NCBI GenBank assembly: GCA_038108555.1
Contig: JAYNIA010000002.1
Location: 45,000 to 108,999, forward strand
Direction: 5' to 3'
DNA from: Nitrospinota bacterium
GTDB taxonomy: Bacteria; Nitrospinota; Nitrospinia; Nitrospinales; VA-1
DNA length: 64,000 nucleotides
Shown: in pieces, positions 34,855-47,033 of the stretch
How positions within the stretch are numbered: position 1 is the stretch's first letter
Layout of the letters: the number at the start of each line of letters is the position of its first letter
Notes under the pieces: model-generated
Told to the model about the DNA's origin: nothing
Databases searched by the model: none
The model's input: the letters and a program-made list of their open reading frames with translations, nothing else
Program-made: the position numbers and the translations under genes

Positions 34855-36254
34855 CCTCCCGCCATCAACCTTTCGATTTCCTTCACACTTTTGGGAATGA
34901 TACTGGAAAGGTTCAAACAACCCTTCGGGGCCATTACCAGATTGTCTTCGATTCGAATCCCTATGGTTTCATCATAGGTTTTTCCATTGAGTCGAATTTT
35001 AAAATCCCCATACAACCCCGGTTCGTTGCTGATCATCCAACCTGCTTTCATCGGTTGGCTCGCATAATTTCGAAAGGGATCGCCATCGTGTTCCTGCTCT
35101 CCCATTAAATGACTGACCCCGTGAGGCCTTTCTTTATATCTAAGCTTGTACTTTCCTCCTGCCGCGCTAAATTTCTTTTCCAATCCATCATTAACAACCG
35201 CCCAGCATATATCATTTAACTCTTCTACCGTTATCCCCTCGCGGGCCGCCTTTTCAACCTCCTTCTGGCCTTTAAGCACGATTTCATAAAGCATTTTTTG
35301 CATGGGATTGAATTTTCCAGACACAGGAAAAGTTCTAGTGATATCTGCATGCATCGTCATCCAGCGGACCCCAAAATCAATCAACATCATTTCATCTTTC
35401 GAAATCGGATCATCATTTTTCATATAGTGAAGAATGGTTGCATTGACGCCCGATGCAACTATCGAGGGATAACTGAGACCATAAGGGGACTTCATAAGCA
35501 TCTTCCCTTCCAAGAACCCCTGAACCTGACACTCGTTTTTGAAATCACCGAAATTTTTCAACATGGACTTAAATCCTTCCCCGGTGATTTCCTGAGCTCT
35601 TCTGGCATTTTTGATATCATATTTATCCAATGGCAAACGAAGATCAAAATGGTTCTTCATGATATTCTTCAAAGCTCCCTTGGGCGCCTTCCATTCCCGC
35701 AACCAACCTGAGAGCTTCTTTTTGAAATCATAATTATGATCGGTGGTTATACTGGTTTGCTTCCCCTTTCGAATCCCTTCATACCAAAAGGTAGCCAAAG
35801 ATTTTTTCTTATTTTTCAAAAACCTTTCTTTGAGAACTTCCTTAAATTCTCCAATATCACGCACGTCTTTAATTCCTGTGACGGACTGAACCTCTTTCAA
35901 ACTGGCCTTATCACCCACACCAAAGCGCACTCCCTCCCAGAACTCCATGATCCGGTCCTTGCGCCCCACAAACAAAATCTCCTTCGAGACTCTGGATTTG
36001 GGATCAAGCAGCAATATGACGTTATTTTGATTGATGCCGGTTAAATACATTAGCGCCGGCTCCTGATAAGTCGGGCTATGGGAGTAAGCCCACACCGTTT
36101 TCCCTCCCGGCCCATAAGGAACGCCAGTTATTACCGTCAGGGAGTTTTCTCGCTCCATTAATTTTTTTCTTCTGTCCCGATATCGGCGCTTGGCGTAGGA
36201 GCCGGCTCCTCCATCTCGAAATATTCCCGAATATACTTTCTTGCTCGTTTTCAT
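34851..36254 (-). CDS. M24B-family Xaa-Pro aminopeptidase
   Basis: LIDFG...HADITRTFP, HGVSHLMG, SNEPGLY, GIRIEDN metal-ligand motifs. Confidence 0.85.
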   Translation of the reverse strand: MKTSKKVYSGIFRDGGAGSYAKRRYRDRRKKLMERENSLTVITGVPYGPGGKTVWAYSHSPTYQEPALMYLTGINQNNVILLLDPKSRVSKEILFVGRKDRIMEFWEGVRFGVGDKASLKEVQSVTGIKDVRDIGEFKEVLKERFLKNKKKSLATFWYEGIRKGKQTSITTDHNYDFKKKLSGWLREWKAPKGALKNIMKNHFDLRLPLDKYDIKNARRAQEITGEGFKSMLKNFGDFKNECQVQGFLEGKMLMKSPYGLSYPSIVASGVNATILHYMKNDDPISKDEMMLIDFGVRWMTMHADITRTFPVSGKFNPMQKMLYEIVLKGQKEVEKAAREGITVEELNDICWAVVNDGLEKKFSAAGGKYKLRYKERPHGVSHLMGEQEHDGDPFRNYASQPMKAGWMISNEPGLYGDFKIRLNGKTYDETIGIRIEDNLVMAPKGCLNLSSIIPKSVKEIERLMAGG

Positions 36255-36379
36255 ATGATTAAATTTAAAAATTTTATTTTTAAGTTTTGAGTTGGAAACT
36301 TTTTCCTTCTTTCAATATACTACACCAAACAATACAGCTTTTAGGACTTTAACTTTTCAATTTAGAGCGACAATAAATA

Positions 36380-37042
36380 ATGTGTGGAAGATACACCCTC
36401 ACAAAATCTATCAAAGCCATTGAGTCTCATTTTAAACCGGTTCGGATAAGCCTCAAACATTTCCCCAGTTATAATATTGCGCCGAGTCAAAACTCGGCTG
36501 TCATCATCCAGTCTTCGGACCAATTACATTTAACAGATATGAAATGGGGATTGGTTCCCTCCTGGTCAAAGGATTCCAAAATGGGAAATAAGCTCATCAA
36601 TGCCCGTTCAGAAACCATTCACGAAAAACCCAGCTTCCGTGAATCTTTTAAAAACCGGCGTTGTCTGATTCCGACAGACGGGTTCATTGAATGGAAAGAA
36701 AAAAAGCCCCATTACATAAGAATTAAAAATCAGGCTTTGTTTGCTTTTGCAGGCCTATGGTCCACCTGGGATTCTGGAGACGAACCTCTAAAAACTTTTA
36801 CTATCGTTACTACCGAGGCTAACAAAACTTTGTTACCCCTACACTCGCGGATGCCTGTCATCCTCCATCCCGATGATTACCAGAGCTGGTTAACGGGTGA
36901 AAGGGATTCTTTATCATCACTTTTTTCCGGCTCCCTTGAAAACGAGCTGGAATATTTTGAAATATCCACTGGTATCAATTCTCCAAAAAACAATAATGCC
37001 AGCCTTTTGAATCCTTCCGGGCAAACCTCTTTTACTTTTTAA
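36380..37042 (+). CDS. SOS-response-associated peptidase (SRAP/YedK family, abasic-site crosslinking)
   Basis: MCGRYTL (catalytic Cys2), YNIAPSQ, WGLVPSW, NARSET, GFIEW, TTEAN. Confidence 0.9.
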   Translation: MCGRYTLTKSIKAIESHFKPVRISLKHFPSYNIAPSQNSAVIIQSSDQLHLTDMKWGLVPSWSKDSKMGNKLINARSETIHEKPSFRESFKNRRCLIPTDGFIEWKEKKPHYIRIKNQALFAFAGLWSTWDSGDEPLKTFTIVTTEANKTLLPLHSRMPVILHPDDYQSWLTGERDSLSSLFSGSLENELEYFEISTGINSPKNNNASLLNPSGQTSFTF

Positions 37043-37625
37043 CTAAAATCGCCAACCATTCTTTATCTTTTCTTTGCTCGGCAGAATTTTTTGCCTGCGA
37101 AAGCTCGCGTATTTCAAATAAATCTGAAAAATAATGCCTGATATCTTCCTGTGTAGTATTGAACGGCGGTCCGCCCTCCTGCCCTGTGTGATAAAACAAA
37201 CCCGCCAACATTCCTCCTTTTTTTAATGCCCGGGCCACGGTTAACACATATAAATCTCTTTGAGAGGGGGAAATGGCACAAAAGAAAGTGTGCTCAATTA
37301 AAAGGTCGAAGTGGTTATCATGAGCCGTATCCCATTCAAAAAAGTCCCGATGCAGAACCTGACTGTTTAAATTTCGCTTCTCAATCGCAGCGTTCAAAAG
37401 TTCCACCGCACCATTCGAGTAATCGATAGCCGTAACCTCGAATCCCTTTTCAGCGAGAAAGATAACTTCATGCCCTCTTCCGCATCCTGGAATTAATGTT
37501 TTGCCCGGAGCAATGGTTCCCGTTTCAACCAGACTCACAAAAGGGGGCGCAACCTGTCCGAGGTCCCAGGCCAAATCGTTCTCATCGTAATGCTTTTGCC
37601 AATCTTCCCGGGAATAACCTTCCAT
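37032..37625 (-). CDS. TPMT-family SAM-dependent methyltransferase (thiopurine/halide-thiol methyltransferase-like)
   Basis: WQKHYDENDLAWDLG, LIPGCGRGHEVIFLAEKGFEVTAIDYS, GGPPF. Confidence 0.78.
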   Translation of the reverse strand: MEGYSREDWQKHYDENDLAWDLGQVAPPFVSLVETGTIAPGKTLIPGCGRGHEVIFLAEKGFEVTAIDYSNGAVELLNAAIEKRNLNSQVLHRDFFEWDTAHDNHFDLLIEHTFFCAISPSQRDLYVLTVARALKKGGMLAGLFYHTGQEGGPPFNTTQEDIRHYFSDLFEIRELSQAKNSAEQRKDKEWLAILVKK

Positions 37626-37628
37626 AAT

Positions 37629-38549
37629 TTATTTTTTGTAAAATTCCACCAGTTTATCAATCGCTGCCTGACCCATAGCTTCAACAGATTCCACTGTGTT
37701 CCCACCAATGTGAGGAGTTACCATCAGGTTGGGTAGTTTAATAAACTCCCAATCCACCGGGGGTTCCGGGGAAAAGACATCCATGGCCGCGCCTTTAATT
37801 TCTCCGGACACCAAGGCCTGATGAAGGTCGGGATTATTGACAACAGGCCCACGACTGGTATTCACCAGAAACGCACTCGGCTTCATCGACTTAAAAACTT
37901 TCTCGTTGACCAGATCACGTGTCTGTTTGGTAAGGGGTACATGCAATGTGACGATATCCGATTCTCGGACCAGAGAATTAAAATCCATTTCGGCGGCTCC
38001 CTGTTCTTGACAAAACTCGCTTCTATCTTCAATATCGTTTATTAGAATTTTGCAGCTAAAGGGTTTTAGTAATTTAACAACCTCTTTGCCAATATTTCCA
38101 CATCCGACAATTCCAACAGTTTTTTCTGAAAAATTTATTCCCCCATCGGGAAGCCATTCTTCGTTCTTCATTTTTACCGCAGAAATAAAAATATTGTGGC
38201 AAAGCCCTATCATAAAACTTAGAGCCAACTCGGCCACCGAGCGCTTGTTCGTCCCCGCGACGGCTCCCAATGTAACCCCACTATTTTTTATGGCTTCCTG
38301 ATCCAGGTTATCCAGCCCAACTCCATACTTGGAAATGACCTTCAATTTTGGCAAAGCATCGAGAATTTCCTGGTTAAAAATGTCCCTTCCAATAATGACG
38401 GCTTCTGCATCTTTGAGAAAGTCGATCAACTCCTGACCCGACATGTATCCTTTTTTTTTGCTGAAGACGGTGTCAGGAAAAAGGGCTGAGAGTTTGGATC
38501 TGAGGGATTCAGATTTACAAAAGGCGGGAGCGGTAACGGCAACCTTCAT
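37629..38549 (-). CDS. D-isomer-specific 2-hydroxyacid dehydrogenase (PGDH-like)
   Basis: GIVGCGNIGKEV (NAD site), catalytic R...E...H region (NTSRG...PHIGG). ATG at 38549 (MKVAVTAP) avoids overlapping the upstream gene. Confidence 0.85.
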   Translation of the reverse strand: MKVAVTAPAFCKSESLRSKLSALFPDTVFSKKKGYMSGQELIDFLKDAEAVIIGRDIFNQEILDALPKLKVISKYGVGLDNLDQEAIKNSGVTLGAVAGTNKRSVAELALSFMIGLCHNIFISAVKMKNEEWLPDGGINFSEKTVGIVGCGNIGKEVVKLLKPFSCKILINDIEDRSEFCQEQGAAEMDFNSLVRESDIVTLHVPLTKQTRDLVNEKVFKSMKPSAFLVNTSRGPVVNNPDLHQALVSGEIKGAAMDVFSPEPPVDWEFIKLPNLMVTPHIGGNTVESVEAMGQAAIDKLVEFYKK

Positions 38550-38553
38550 AGGA

Positions 38554-39789
38554 TCAACCAAATAACTGAGTGAAGATGGAAGCACCAGCGACGTAGGTAC
38601 CGATCATGGAACCGAAGCTTGAAAAAAAGAAGATCAATAACAGCCTAGCCACCCGATTCTTCCACCACATGGAATAATGGGTGATATCTTCACGCAAAGT
38701 TTCAAAGTCACTGACCTTTGGTTTTCGCATATAGGACTCGACCAATCCCACCACCATTCCTGCACCTATGGTGGGATTCAGGGAAGTCAAAGGTGCAGCA
38801 ATAAATGCGGCAATTATCGAGACAGGGTGCCCCAGTGCAATGGCAGTTCCTAATGCTGACAACCCACCATTGAGTATGATCCAGGTAGCAACCAATTGTC
38901 CTCCCAGTTCCGGGGACTGTTTGAATCCCACATAAAACATACTAAGAACCACAGCACAAATACCCCATCCGATATAGAGTCCCAATTTACTGGGAGGGGG
39001 TTTTCTATCCAGTTCTTCCAGATGCGCACTGTCAGGGGGAGATTCCAGATTCGGCATCATCCCCAGCAGGTGACCGGCACCCACGAGGGCGAGAATTTTT
39101 TTAGGAGGATGGTAGGATTCTGAAATCTGCGCCAACCGGCCCACCATGTACTCATCGCGCTCATCGATCAACACCCGTTTAATTTGCGGCAACTCTTCTC
39201 CAAATTCGCTAACAACCGAATGCAACATGTCACCGCGTTTCAAATCTTCGATTTGTTCTTCACTAATTTCCTCGCCGACAAAAACACCGGCAATCAATCC
39301 TCCGACGATTTTCAATTTCTGCCAGAAAGAAACCTCTGTGACCAGCCGGTGTAAGGTGGTGGATATATTTCGGTCGATGACTTCCAGGCGAAGTCCGTTT
39401 TCACGGGCCAGTTCTACGGCGCGGATCATTTCTTTTCCTGCCTCAACCCCGATCCGCTCCGCCAGACGTTTCTGGTAAGCCGTCAGAGCCAGGTTGATTA
39501 AAAGCAGTCCCGCTTTCTTTTTTTTGAAGACCTGATAGATGTCGAGGTTTTTCCACCAGGACTGGTTGGTGATATTTTCAAGACGCGGGGAGCAAAGTTC
39601 AACCGCCACACAATCGTATTCACCGGAGGAAATATGTTCTTCCACCATATCGACACTCAATTGCGAAACATGCGCGGTCCCAATCAAAGTGACTTCGCTG
39701 TTATTGAGCTGAACGGTTTTTACAATATCTTCCTGGTTTTCCACAAAATTCTTCTCCAACGGGCATTCACCCGAATAGCTAATAATCAA
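38554..39789 (-). CDS. TraB/GumN-family protein with C-terminal TM helices
   Basis: VTLIGTAHVSQLSVDMVEEHI, ELC..R, LALVGAGHL; C-terminal membrane segments. TTG start, so the exact start is uncertain. Confidence 0.78.
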   Translation of the reverse strand: MIISYSGECPLEKNFVENQEDIVKTVQLNNSEVTLIGTAHVSQLSVDMVEEHISSGEYDCVAVELCSPRLENITNQSWWKNLDIYQVFKKKKAGLLLINLALTAYQKRLAERIGVEAGKEMIRAVELARENGLRLEVIDRNISTTLHRLVTEVSFWQKLKIVGGLIAGVFVGEEISEEQIEDLKRGDMLHSVVSEFGEELPQIKRVLIDERDEYMVGRLAQISESYHPPKKILALVGAGHLLGMMPNLESPPDSAHLEELDRKPPPSKLGLYIGWGICAVVLSMFYVGFKQSPELGGQLVATWIILNGGLSALGTAIALGHPVSIIAAFIAAPLTSLNPTIGAGMVVGLVESYMRKPKVSDFETLREDITHYSMWWKNRVARLLLIFFFSSFGSMIGTYVAGASIFTQLFG

Positions 39790-39938
39790 ATAAGGATCGA
39801 TTTTAAATCAGGAATACAAAAAAACGATGGGATCAGTCCTTGGAATTCCGGAGTTAATAATTTAACATAAATCATAGCAAATCCCGAACATGTTAAAATT
39901 CTTTTGTCATATAGTTCCGACCATTAAACCAACCCAAT

Positions 39939-41933
39939 ATGCAGCCTTTCAAACTAAAAGCCGATTACAGTCCGGCGGGGGACCAGCCTCAGGCCATTGA
40001 ACAACTGGTCAAAGGCTTGGACTCCAGCCCCAGTTCGCAAACGCTTTTGGGAGTCACGGGATCGGGCAAAACCTACACCATTGCCAATGTCATTCAGCAG
40101 GTGCAAAAACCCACTCTGGTCCTTGCACACAACAAAACCCTCGCGGCCCAGCTTTATAACGAATTCAAAACCTTTTTCCCTGAAAACGCGGTGGGTTATT
40201 TCGTCAGCTACTACGACTACTATCAACCGGAAGCCTACCTCGCGCAAACGGATACCTATATTGAAAAAGACGCTTCGATCAATGACGAAATCGACAAGAT
40301 GCGTCACTCGGCCACACATTCTTTATTCGAACGACGGGATGTGATCATTGTCGCCAGTGTTTCCTGCATTTATGGATTGGGTTCCCCAGAAGCCTATCAT
40401 GGGATGTTGTTGTTTTTTGAATCAGGGAAACAAATGGAACGCGACTACGCCATCTCGAAACTGGTCGAGATCCAATACAAAAGAAACGATATTGATTTTC
40501 AGCGCGGCACCTTCCGGGTACGTGGGGATGTCTTGGAAATCCTCCCGGTTTACGAAAGAAACGAGGCTATTCGCGTCGAATTTTTTGGCGATGAAATCGA
40601 CCGCATTTCTTCTTTTGATCCTCTCACACGGAAACCAATTGCCGAGTTGGATCGAATTGCGATTTATCCCGCAAGTCATTATGTGACTCCGCAGGAGCCG
40701 TTAAGAATCGGGATGGAAAATATCCGCAAGGAATTGATTGAGCGAATCGCCTATTTTGAAGGCCAGAACCAGTTGATTGAAGCGCAACGGATCGACCAAA
40801 GGACCTTGTTCGATCTGGAAATGATCAAGGAAGTCGGTTATTGCCAGGGGATAGAAAATTATTCGCGGCACCTGATGGCGCGACCGGCAGGAGAGCCCGG
40901 CCCCACCCTTCTGGATTATTTCCCTGAAGATTCCCTGTTCATTATCGATGAGAGTCATGTGACGCTTCCCCAACTACGGGGCATGTACAACGGCGATCGG
41001 TCCCGTAAGGAAAGTCTCGTGCGCTATGGGTTTCGTCTTCCATCAGCGTTTGATAATCGTCCACTCAAGTTCGAAGAATTCGAAACGCATGTGCAGGACA
41101 TCATCTATGTTTCCGCAACACCGGGACCCTATGAACTGGAAAAATGCAAAGATCAAGTTGCCGAGTTGATCGCGCGGCCTACGGGACTGGTCGACCCGGA
41201 AATTGAAATCAAACCTGTAGCCAGTCAGGTGGATGACCTTTACAACCAGATTCGAACCCGGGGAGAAAAAAATCAACGCACCCTGGTCACCACACTGACC
41301 AAACGGTTTTCAGAAGACCTTACCGAACATCTTTCTGAAATAGGGCTCAAGGTCAAATACCTTCATTCCGACATTGTGACTCTTGAAAGAACACAGATCA
41401 TCCGCGAACTTCGGTTGGGAGAATTCGATGCACTCATCGGCATCAACCTGTTGCGGGAGGGATTAGATATCCCCGAAGTTTCCCTGGTCGCCATTCTCGA
41501 TGCGGATAAGGAAGGGTTTTTAAGGTCAACCACCTCCCTCATCCAGACCGCTGGGCGGGCCGCACGGAATGTGGATGGCAAAGTCATATTTTATGCCGAT
41601 ACCATAACCAAATCCATGCAGGAGGCCATGGATGAAATGAATCGACGGCGGCAAATCCAACTGGAGTATAACGAGAAAAACAATATCACACCGGCTTCCA
41701 TTAAAAAATCCATTCAACATGTTGTCGAATACAAGGAATCCAACGACCTGGAAATGGCTGTTGCAGAAGAAGAGGAAGAATACGAATCTGGAGTTCCACT
41801 ACTGGAGCTGATTAGTAAGCTCGAAAAACAAATGTTGACGGCAGCCAAAAATCTGGAATTTGAAAAAGCGGCTGAGCTACGAGATCGGATTAAGAAAATG
41901 CGGGCGAAGGATTTGAAAATTATCGCAGGATAA
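39939..41933 (+). CDS. uvrB: Excinuclease ABC subunit B
   Basis: 664 aa. GVTGSGKT, beta-hairpin [14 protein letters not shown], helicase motifs, C-terminal UVR domain ([12 protein letters not shown]). Confidence 0.97.
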   Translation: MQPFKLKADYSPAGDQPQAIEQLVKGLDSSPSSQTLLGVTGSGKTYTIANVIQQVQKPTLVLAHNKTLAAQLYNEFKTFFPENAVGYFVSYYDYYQPEAYLAQTDTYIEKDASINDEIDKMRHSATHSLFERRDVIIVASVSCIYGLGSPEAYHGMLLFFESGKQMERDYAISKLVEIQYKRNDIDFQRGTFRVRGDVLEILPVYERNEAIRVEFFGDEIDRISSFDPLTRKPIAELDRIAIYPASHYVTPQEPLRIGMENIRKELIERIAYFEGQNQLIEAQRIDQRTLFDLEMIKEVGYCQGIENYSRHLMARPAGEPGPTLLDYFPEDSLFIIDESHVTLPQLRGMYNGDRSRKESLVRYGFRLPSAFDNRPLKFEEFETHVQDIIYVSATPGPYELEKCKDQVAELIARPTGLVDPEIEIKPVASQVDDLYNQIRTRGEKNQRTLVTTLTKRFSEDLTEHLSEIGLKVKYLHSDIVTLERTQIIRELRLGEFDALIGINLLREGLDIPEVSLVAILDADKEGFLRSTTSLIQTAGRAARNVDGKVIFYADTITKSMQEAMDEMNRRRQIQLEYNEKNNITPASIKKSIQHVVEYKESNDLEMAVAEEEEEYESGVPLLELISKLEKQMLTAAKNLEFEKAAELRDRIKKMRAKDLKIIAG

Positions 41934-41934
41934 C

Positions 41935-42585
41935 TTAGCGCTGTTCATTTCTGCGGTCGACCACCCGCATTTGTATAAACTTATTAATGACTTCTGCGCT
42001 TTCGGGAGGTATATCCCGCCACTTGATCCCTGTCACAAAATGAGAAGTTTCGCTGCGGGGATTTTTGCGCATATTTTTTATATCCGCCGCCTGGTTTTGT
42101 ATGTTCCCACATTTGGGAACCTCAAAGTTCAAGGTCAACTGGTTTTCTTTGGTAACCTGTTGCGAGTGAGTGAATAGAATTCCACCTTGGCTGATATCTC
42201 GAACAATTCCAGTGCCCTCAAATTTCTGCCCCCCCATCACATAACTGTAATTGAGAGGAAAGTTGGCCTTGAATCTCTCGTGTTTTCGTAAATTATGGGT
42301 ATCGAAGGTGCGCGGATATTCAATAATTAACAGAGTGATGGCCTGAACAAAGGAAAGAATGGAAGTTGATTTGAAGTTTACAAACAGACCTTCCTTTGTA
42401 AAATGAATTTGGACTCCGGTCTGTGGCGCAATTTTAAAGTCTTCTACCCCAACCTTAGGCACATCAAGGATTATATATTGCCCTTTACGCCATCCCCGAA
42501 TAGCAACCTGGAAAACCTCACCCCGCACCGTAACGGTCACCTTTTGTCCCATTACCAGTGGAAGTTCTTGTTTATTAAATGCCAT
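41935..42585 (-). CDS. PilZ-domain protein with YcgR-like N-domain (c-di-GMP effector candidate)
   Basis: RKHERF (RxxxR) ... DISQGGILF (DxSxxG) in the C-terminal half. Confidence 0.78.
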   Translation of the reverse strand: MAFNKQELPLVMGQKVTVTVRGEVFQVAIRGWRKGQYIILDVPKVGVEDFKIAPQTGVQIHFTKEGLFVNFKSTSILSFVQAITLLIIEYPRTFDTHNLRKHERFKANFPLNYSYVMGGQKFEGTGIVRDISQGGILFTHSQQVTKENQLTLNFEVPKCGNIQNQAADIKNMRKNPRSETSHFVTGIKWRDIPPESAEVINKFIQMRVVDRRNEQR

Positions 42586-42818
42586 AATTCATTTTCCGAA
42601 ATAAAAAAGGTTGCATAAACTTTACGGCAAGAATTACCAAAAATTAATGGGACTCAATCCCAAAAATAAGAGGGATAGGGTCCCGAAAAATTCAAAATTC
42701 TTTACCGGTTTAGTTCTATTTACTTGGTTGAGGGGATAAAGTACTGAATTTTGAGCCTTTGTTCAAGAAAAAACATCAAAGATTGGGTTTCCCCATCCTT
42801 GAACTTTCAAAATTCGGG

Positions 42819-44663
42819 TTATGCAGCAGGTTTGGGAGGATATAACTCGAAGTATTTTTTAAATACCTTTTGCGCAATGGGTGCCGCGGTAGCCCCGCCA
42901 TGGCCCCCATGCTCAATTAAGACTGCCACGGCGATTTCCGGTTTTTCATAAGGGGCAAACGCAACGAACCAGGCATGGTCTCTATATTTATAGGGAATCT
43001 CCTCTTCCGGGTCCAATTCTTCATTGGATTTCATTCGAACCACCTGGACCGTTCCCGTTTTGCCTGAAACCACTATATCCTTAAGTCGGGATCTTTTTCC
43101 GGTTCCTCTGGGTCCATTGACAACACCTCGCAATGCTTCCCGTATAACCTCTAAACTCTTGGAATCACCTTTAATTTTTCCTTTTATTTGGGGGAAATAC
43201 TCCCGAATAATTTTTCCGCCCGGCTCTTCAATTCTTTTTACCAGATAAGGTTTTAGAAGCATGCCTCCGTTCGCAACTGCAGCTATCATATTTGCCTGTT
43301 GCAATGGAGTGACCAGGTTATAGCCCTGTCCGATGGAGGCGGAAATAGTTTCCCCCAATAACCAGGGTTGATTTCGGTTTTTAAGTTTCCATTGTGTACT
43401 GGGAACTAGGCCTCTTTTTTCCCGACTCAAACCCAATCCTGTCGGCAATCCTAAACCAAATTTTTTTGCATAATGCGCCAGAGTATTAATTCCAAGGCGA
43501 TGACCCACGGTATAGAAAAACACATCACAAGATTGTACAAGTGCATCATGCAAATTAACCTTTCCATGTCCCCTCTTTTTCCAACACCGATAACGTCCCC
43601 GTCCCAACTTGAAATGTCCAGGGCAGTAGATCGTCGTTTCCGGATCTATCACCCCCTCTTCCAGGGCGGCATAGGCCACGGCAATTTTATAAGTAGAACC
43701 TGGTGGATATTGGCTATGGATGGAACGATTTTGCAGAGGATGCATTTCATCCCGAATCAGTTTTTGCCAGTTTTCCGGCGTTATTCCCGCTGCAAATTCA
43801 TTCGGGTCAAAGGAAGGTTTACTTGTTATGGCCAAAATTTCTCCTGTTTGCACTTTCATCACAACAACCGACCCGTTCATTATTTTTTCAGGAGTACTGA
43901 CCATGGCTTTTTCCAATTCCTCCTGAACCCGAACATCCAGGGTAAGAACCAGATTATTCCCACTTTCGGAAGGGAGCTTGCGAAGAGTTTTCAACTCCCG
44001 CCCTGAAACATCGGCTTCTACTTCCTTGTATCCTTTCTTTCCCCTTAAGGTAGATTCAAATACATTTTCCAAACCACTTTTTCCTACGAAATCTCCCTGA
44101 CTGTAAAATGAAGATTCTGATTTCTTAAGCTTTGACTTGGAAATCTCTCCCAAATAACCCAGAGTGTGTGACATCAAATGTTTATAAACATAATTCCTGA
44201 GTGGCTCGGCTTTAATTTTGATTCCGGGAAGACGCATATAGTTTTCTTCTACAAATGCGACCTCTTCACGGGAGATATCCGCTTTTATCAATACATCTTT
44301 AAAAGATTTCTCCCTTTTAATTTTTGTTTTTAATTTTTTTCGCTCAAAGCTTATTTTCTTTTCAAGAAAATTTAGGGAAGAATCAGGATTGCCGGCGTCT
44401 TCAGGAGTTATATAGAGATTAAAAGAAGGGCGTATGCTGACGAGGGTTTCTCCGTTTCTATCTTTAATCGTTCCCCGATAAGCTGGAAGACTGACCATGC
44501 GTACCCGGTTGTTTTCTGAAAGACCCGTCAAGTACTGCCATTTTAAAATTTGCAGGTACCAAATTCGCATGGACAAACAAAGGAAGGCAACAATGATCAG
44601 AATCGCAAAAATACGAATCTTTTTTTTAATTGCATCACTGGTTTCTGTGCCGTAACGAAACAT
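42819..44663 (-). CDS. mrdA: Penicillin-binding protein 2 (elongasome transpeptidase)
   Basis: 614 aa. PBP dimerisation domain, then transpeptidase motifs STYK, SxN-type, KTGT. Follows mreBCD. Confidence 0.95.
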   Translation of the reverse strand: MFRYGTETSDAIKKKIRIFAILIIVAFLCLSMRIWYLQILKWQYLTGLSENNRVRMVSLPAYRGTIKDRNGETLVSIRPSFNLYITPEDAGNPDSSLNFLEKKISFERKKLKTKIKREKSFKDVLIKADISREEVAFVEENYMRLPGIKIKAEPLRNYVYKHLMSHTLGYLGEISKSKLKKSESSFYSQGDFVGKSGLENVFESTLRGKKGYKEVEADVSGRELKTLRKLPSESGNNLVLTLDVRVQEELEKAMVSTPEKIMNGSVVVMKVQTGEILAITSKPSFDPNEFAAGITPENWQKLIRDEMHPLQNRSIHSQYPPGSTYKIAVAYAALEEGVIDPETTIYCPGHFKLGRGRYRCWKKRGHGKVNLHDALVQSCDVFFYTVGHRLGINTLAHYAKKFGLGLPTGLGLSREKRGLVPSTQWKLKNRNQPWLLGETISASIGQGYNLVTPLQQANMIAAVANGGMLLKPYLVKRIEEPGGKIIREYFPQIKGKIKGDSKSLEVIREALRGVVNGPRGTGKRSRLKDIVVSGKTGTVQVVRMKSNEELDPEEEIPYKYRDHAWFVAFAPYEKPEIAVAVLIEHGGHGGATAAPIAQKVFKKYFELYPPKPAA

Positions 44664-44665
44664 AA

Positions 44666-45184
44666 TTATTTGAACCGGGCCATATAGGGATCAGAAGTTT
44701 TGAATTTTAACCAGCTATCAAAGCGATTCAACGCAACAAATAAAACAGGACCAATGATTCCATTATAAAAACTATAGGTCGGCAATGATTGATACAGGAA
44801 ACGGGTTGCTACTTCCCCTTTTAAGACCGTGTTCATGGAGAAATAAAACACAAGGCCATCAAACAAAGAGGATATGACCAGAAAAAAGGCCACGGGAATA
44901 ACTCCCTCAACATAAAATTTACCTTTTAGGGTGGAAAAAAACCAGCCAATAAAACTTTTAGATAAGGTATTGACCCCCAGCAATCCGCCGGAAAGGCTAT
45001 CCTGCAATATTCCCGTCACAATTCCCGATCCCAGTCCCATGGCTCTTGAGCAATGCACCCCACAATATACAACCCAGATTAAAGTCAGGTCGGGAACCAC
45101 TCCACCGACAGAAAAAAGACTCAACCATGTGGTTTGAATAGAAAATAAAAGAATGACTATTACAATTTGCGCTATGAAATACAT
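44666..45184 (-). CDS. mreD: Rod shape-determining protein MreD
   Basis: 172-aa polytopic membrane protein between mreC and mrdA. Confidence 0.85.
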   Translation of the reverse strand: MYFIAQIVIVILLFSIQTTWLSLFSVGGVVPDLTLIWVVYCGVHCSRAMGLGSGIVTGILQDSLSGGLLGVNTLSKSFIGWFFSTLKGKFYVEGVIPVAFFLVISSLFDGLVFYFSMNTVLKGEVATRFLYQSLPTYSFYNGIIGPVLFVALNRFDSWLKFKTSDPYMARFK

Positions 45185-45192
45185 GTTATGAG

Positions 45193-46008
45193 TTAAGAAA
45201 GGAAGACAAGGACTTCTTCCAACTTGGATAAATCAGAACTTGGGGTAAGGGTAATTTCCTGGAACAATCCCTGCTTTTTTTTAACCACTTTTGAAACCGT
45301 TCCCACAAACAATCCTTTAGGGAATATACCTCCCAATCCGGAGGATAAAACGCGGTCTCCCACTTTTATGTCAGCAGTATTCGGCACGTATTTAATTTGA
45401 CATTGTTCCTCACCGGTTCCAACCACAACACCCGATACCCGGCTTTCCTGGAAAAGAGCATCTACTGCGCTACGCGAATCAATGGTCAGCAAAACTTTAG
45501 AGGTGGTTAATCCGGCATGGATAATTTGACCAATGACCCCGGAGTTTGTTACCACAGCGAGATGTTTTTTAATCCCATGCTGAGACCCTTTGTCGATCAC
45601 CACCACTTTGGACCATTGGGTTGCGTCCCTTCCAATAACCGAAGCAACCAGAGATTCCTTTTTGCGATCATCCTGGTATGCCACAAGCCCGGCAACTCTT
45701 TTTTGTCGGGCAATTTTTTCAATCAATTCATTCTTCTCATTGATGAGCCGTTCTACTTCTGATTTAAGCCGTTCATTTTCCTTGGATACATTAACCAGAT
45801 CAAAATAATGATCGACACCATCAGAAACAGATTGGACCGTACTTGTAAACAGGTTTTGAAATGGGGAAAGAATGAGACCCGCTATTGAGTCGAGGAAGGA
45901 CATTCCCTGTTCCTGCTTGGCTGTGATACTCATTAAAGCCAGCGAAAACAGCAAAATGGAAAAAACGAGAATTATATTTCTTTTTCCTTTGGGTCCCTTG
46001 TTGGGCAC
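45193..46008 (-). CDS. mreC: Rod shape-determining protein MreC
   Basis: N-terminal TM helix, coiled coil (ENERLKSEVERLINEKNELIE), then beta-rich domain (GDRVLSSGLGGIFPKGLFVG). Confidence 0.9.
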   Translation of the reverse strand: MPNKGPKGKRNIILVFSILLFSLALMSITAKQEQGMSFLDSIAGLILSPFQNLFTSTVQSVSDGVDHYFDLVNVSKENERLKSEVERLINEKNELIEKIARQKRVAGLVAYQDDRKKESLVASVIGRDATQWSKVVVIDKGSQHGIKKHLAVVTNSGVIGQIIHAGLTTSKVLLTIDSRSAVDALFQESRVSGVVVGTGEEQCQIKYVPNTADIKVGDRVLSSGLGGIFPKGLFVGTVSKVVKKKQGLFQEITLTPSSDLSKLEEVLVFLS

Positions 46009-46010
46009 TG

Positions 46011-47033
<1,023 letters not shown>

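Noticed and set aside
39887-39894. Perfect palindrome AACATGTT (within CGAACATGTTAA) upstream of uvrB as a possible LexA/SOS box
   Set aside because: It does not fit the CTGT-N8-ACAG or GAAC-N4-GTTC forms. I could not find a matching copy upstream of the SRAP (yedK-like) gene at 36255-36379 or elsewhere in the window, so there is too little support.
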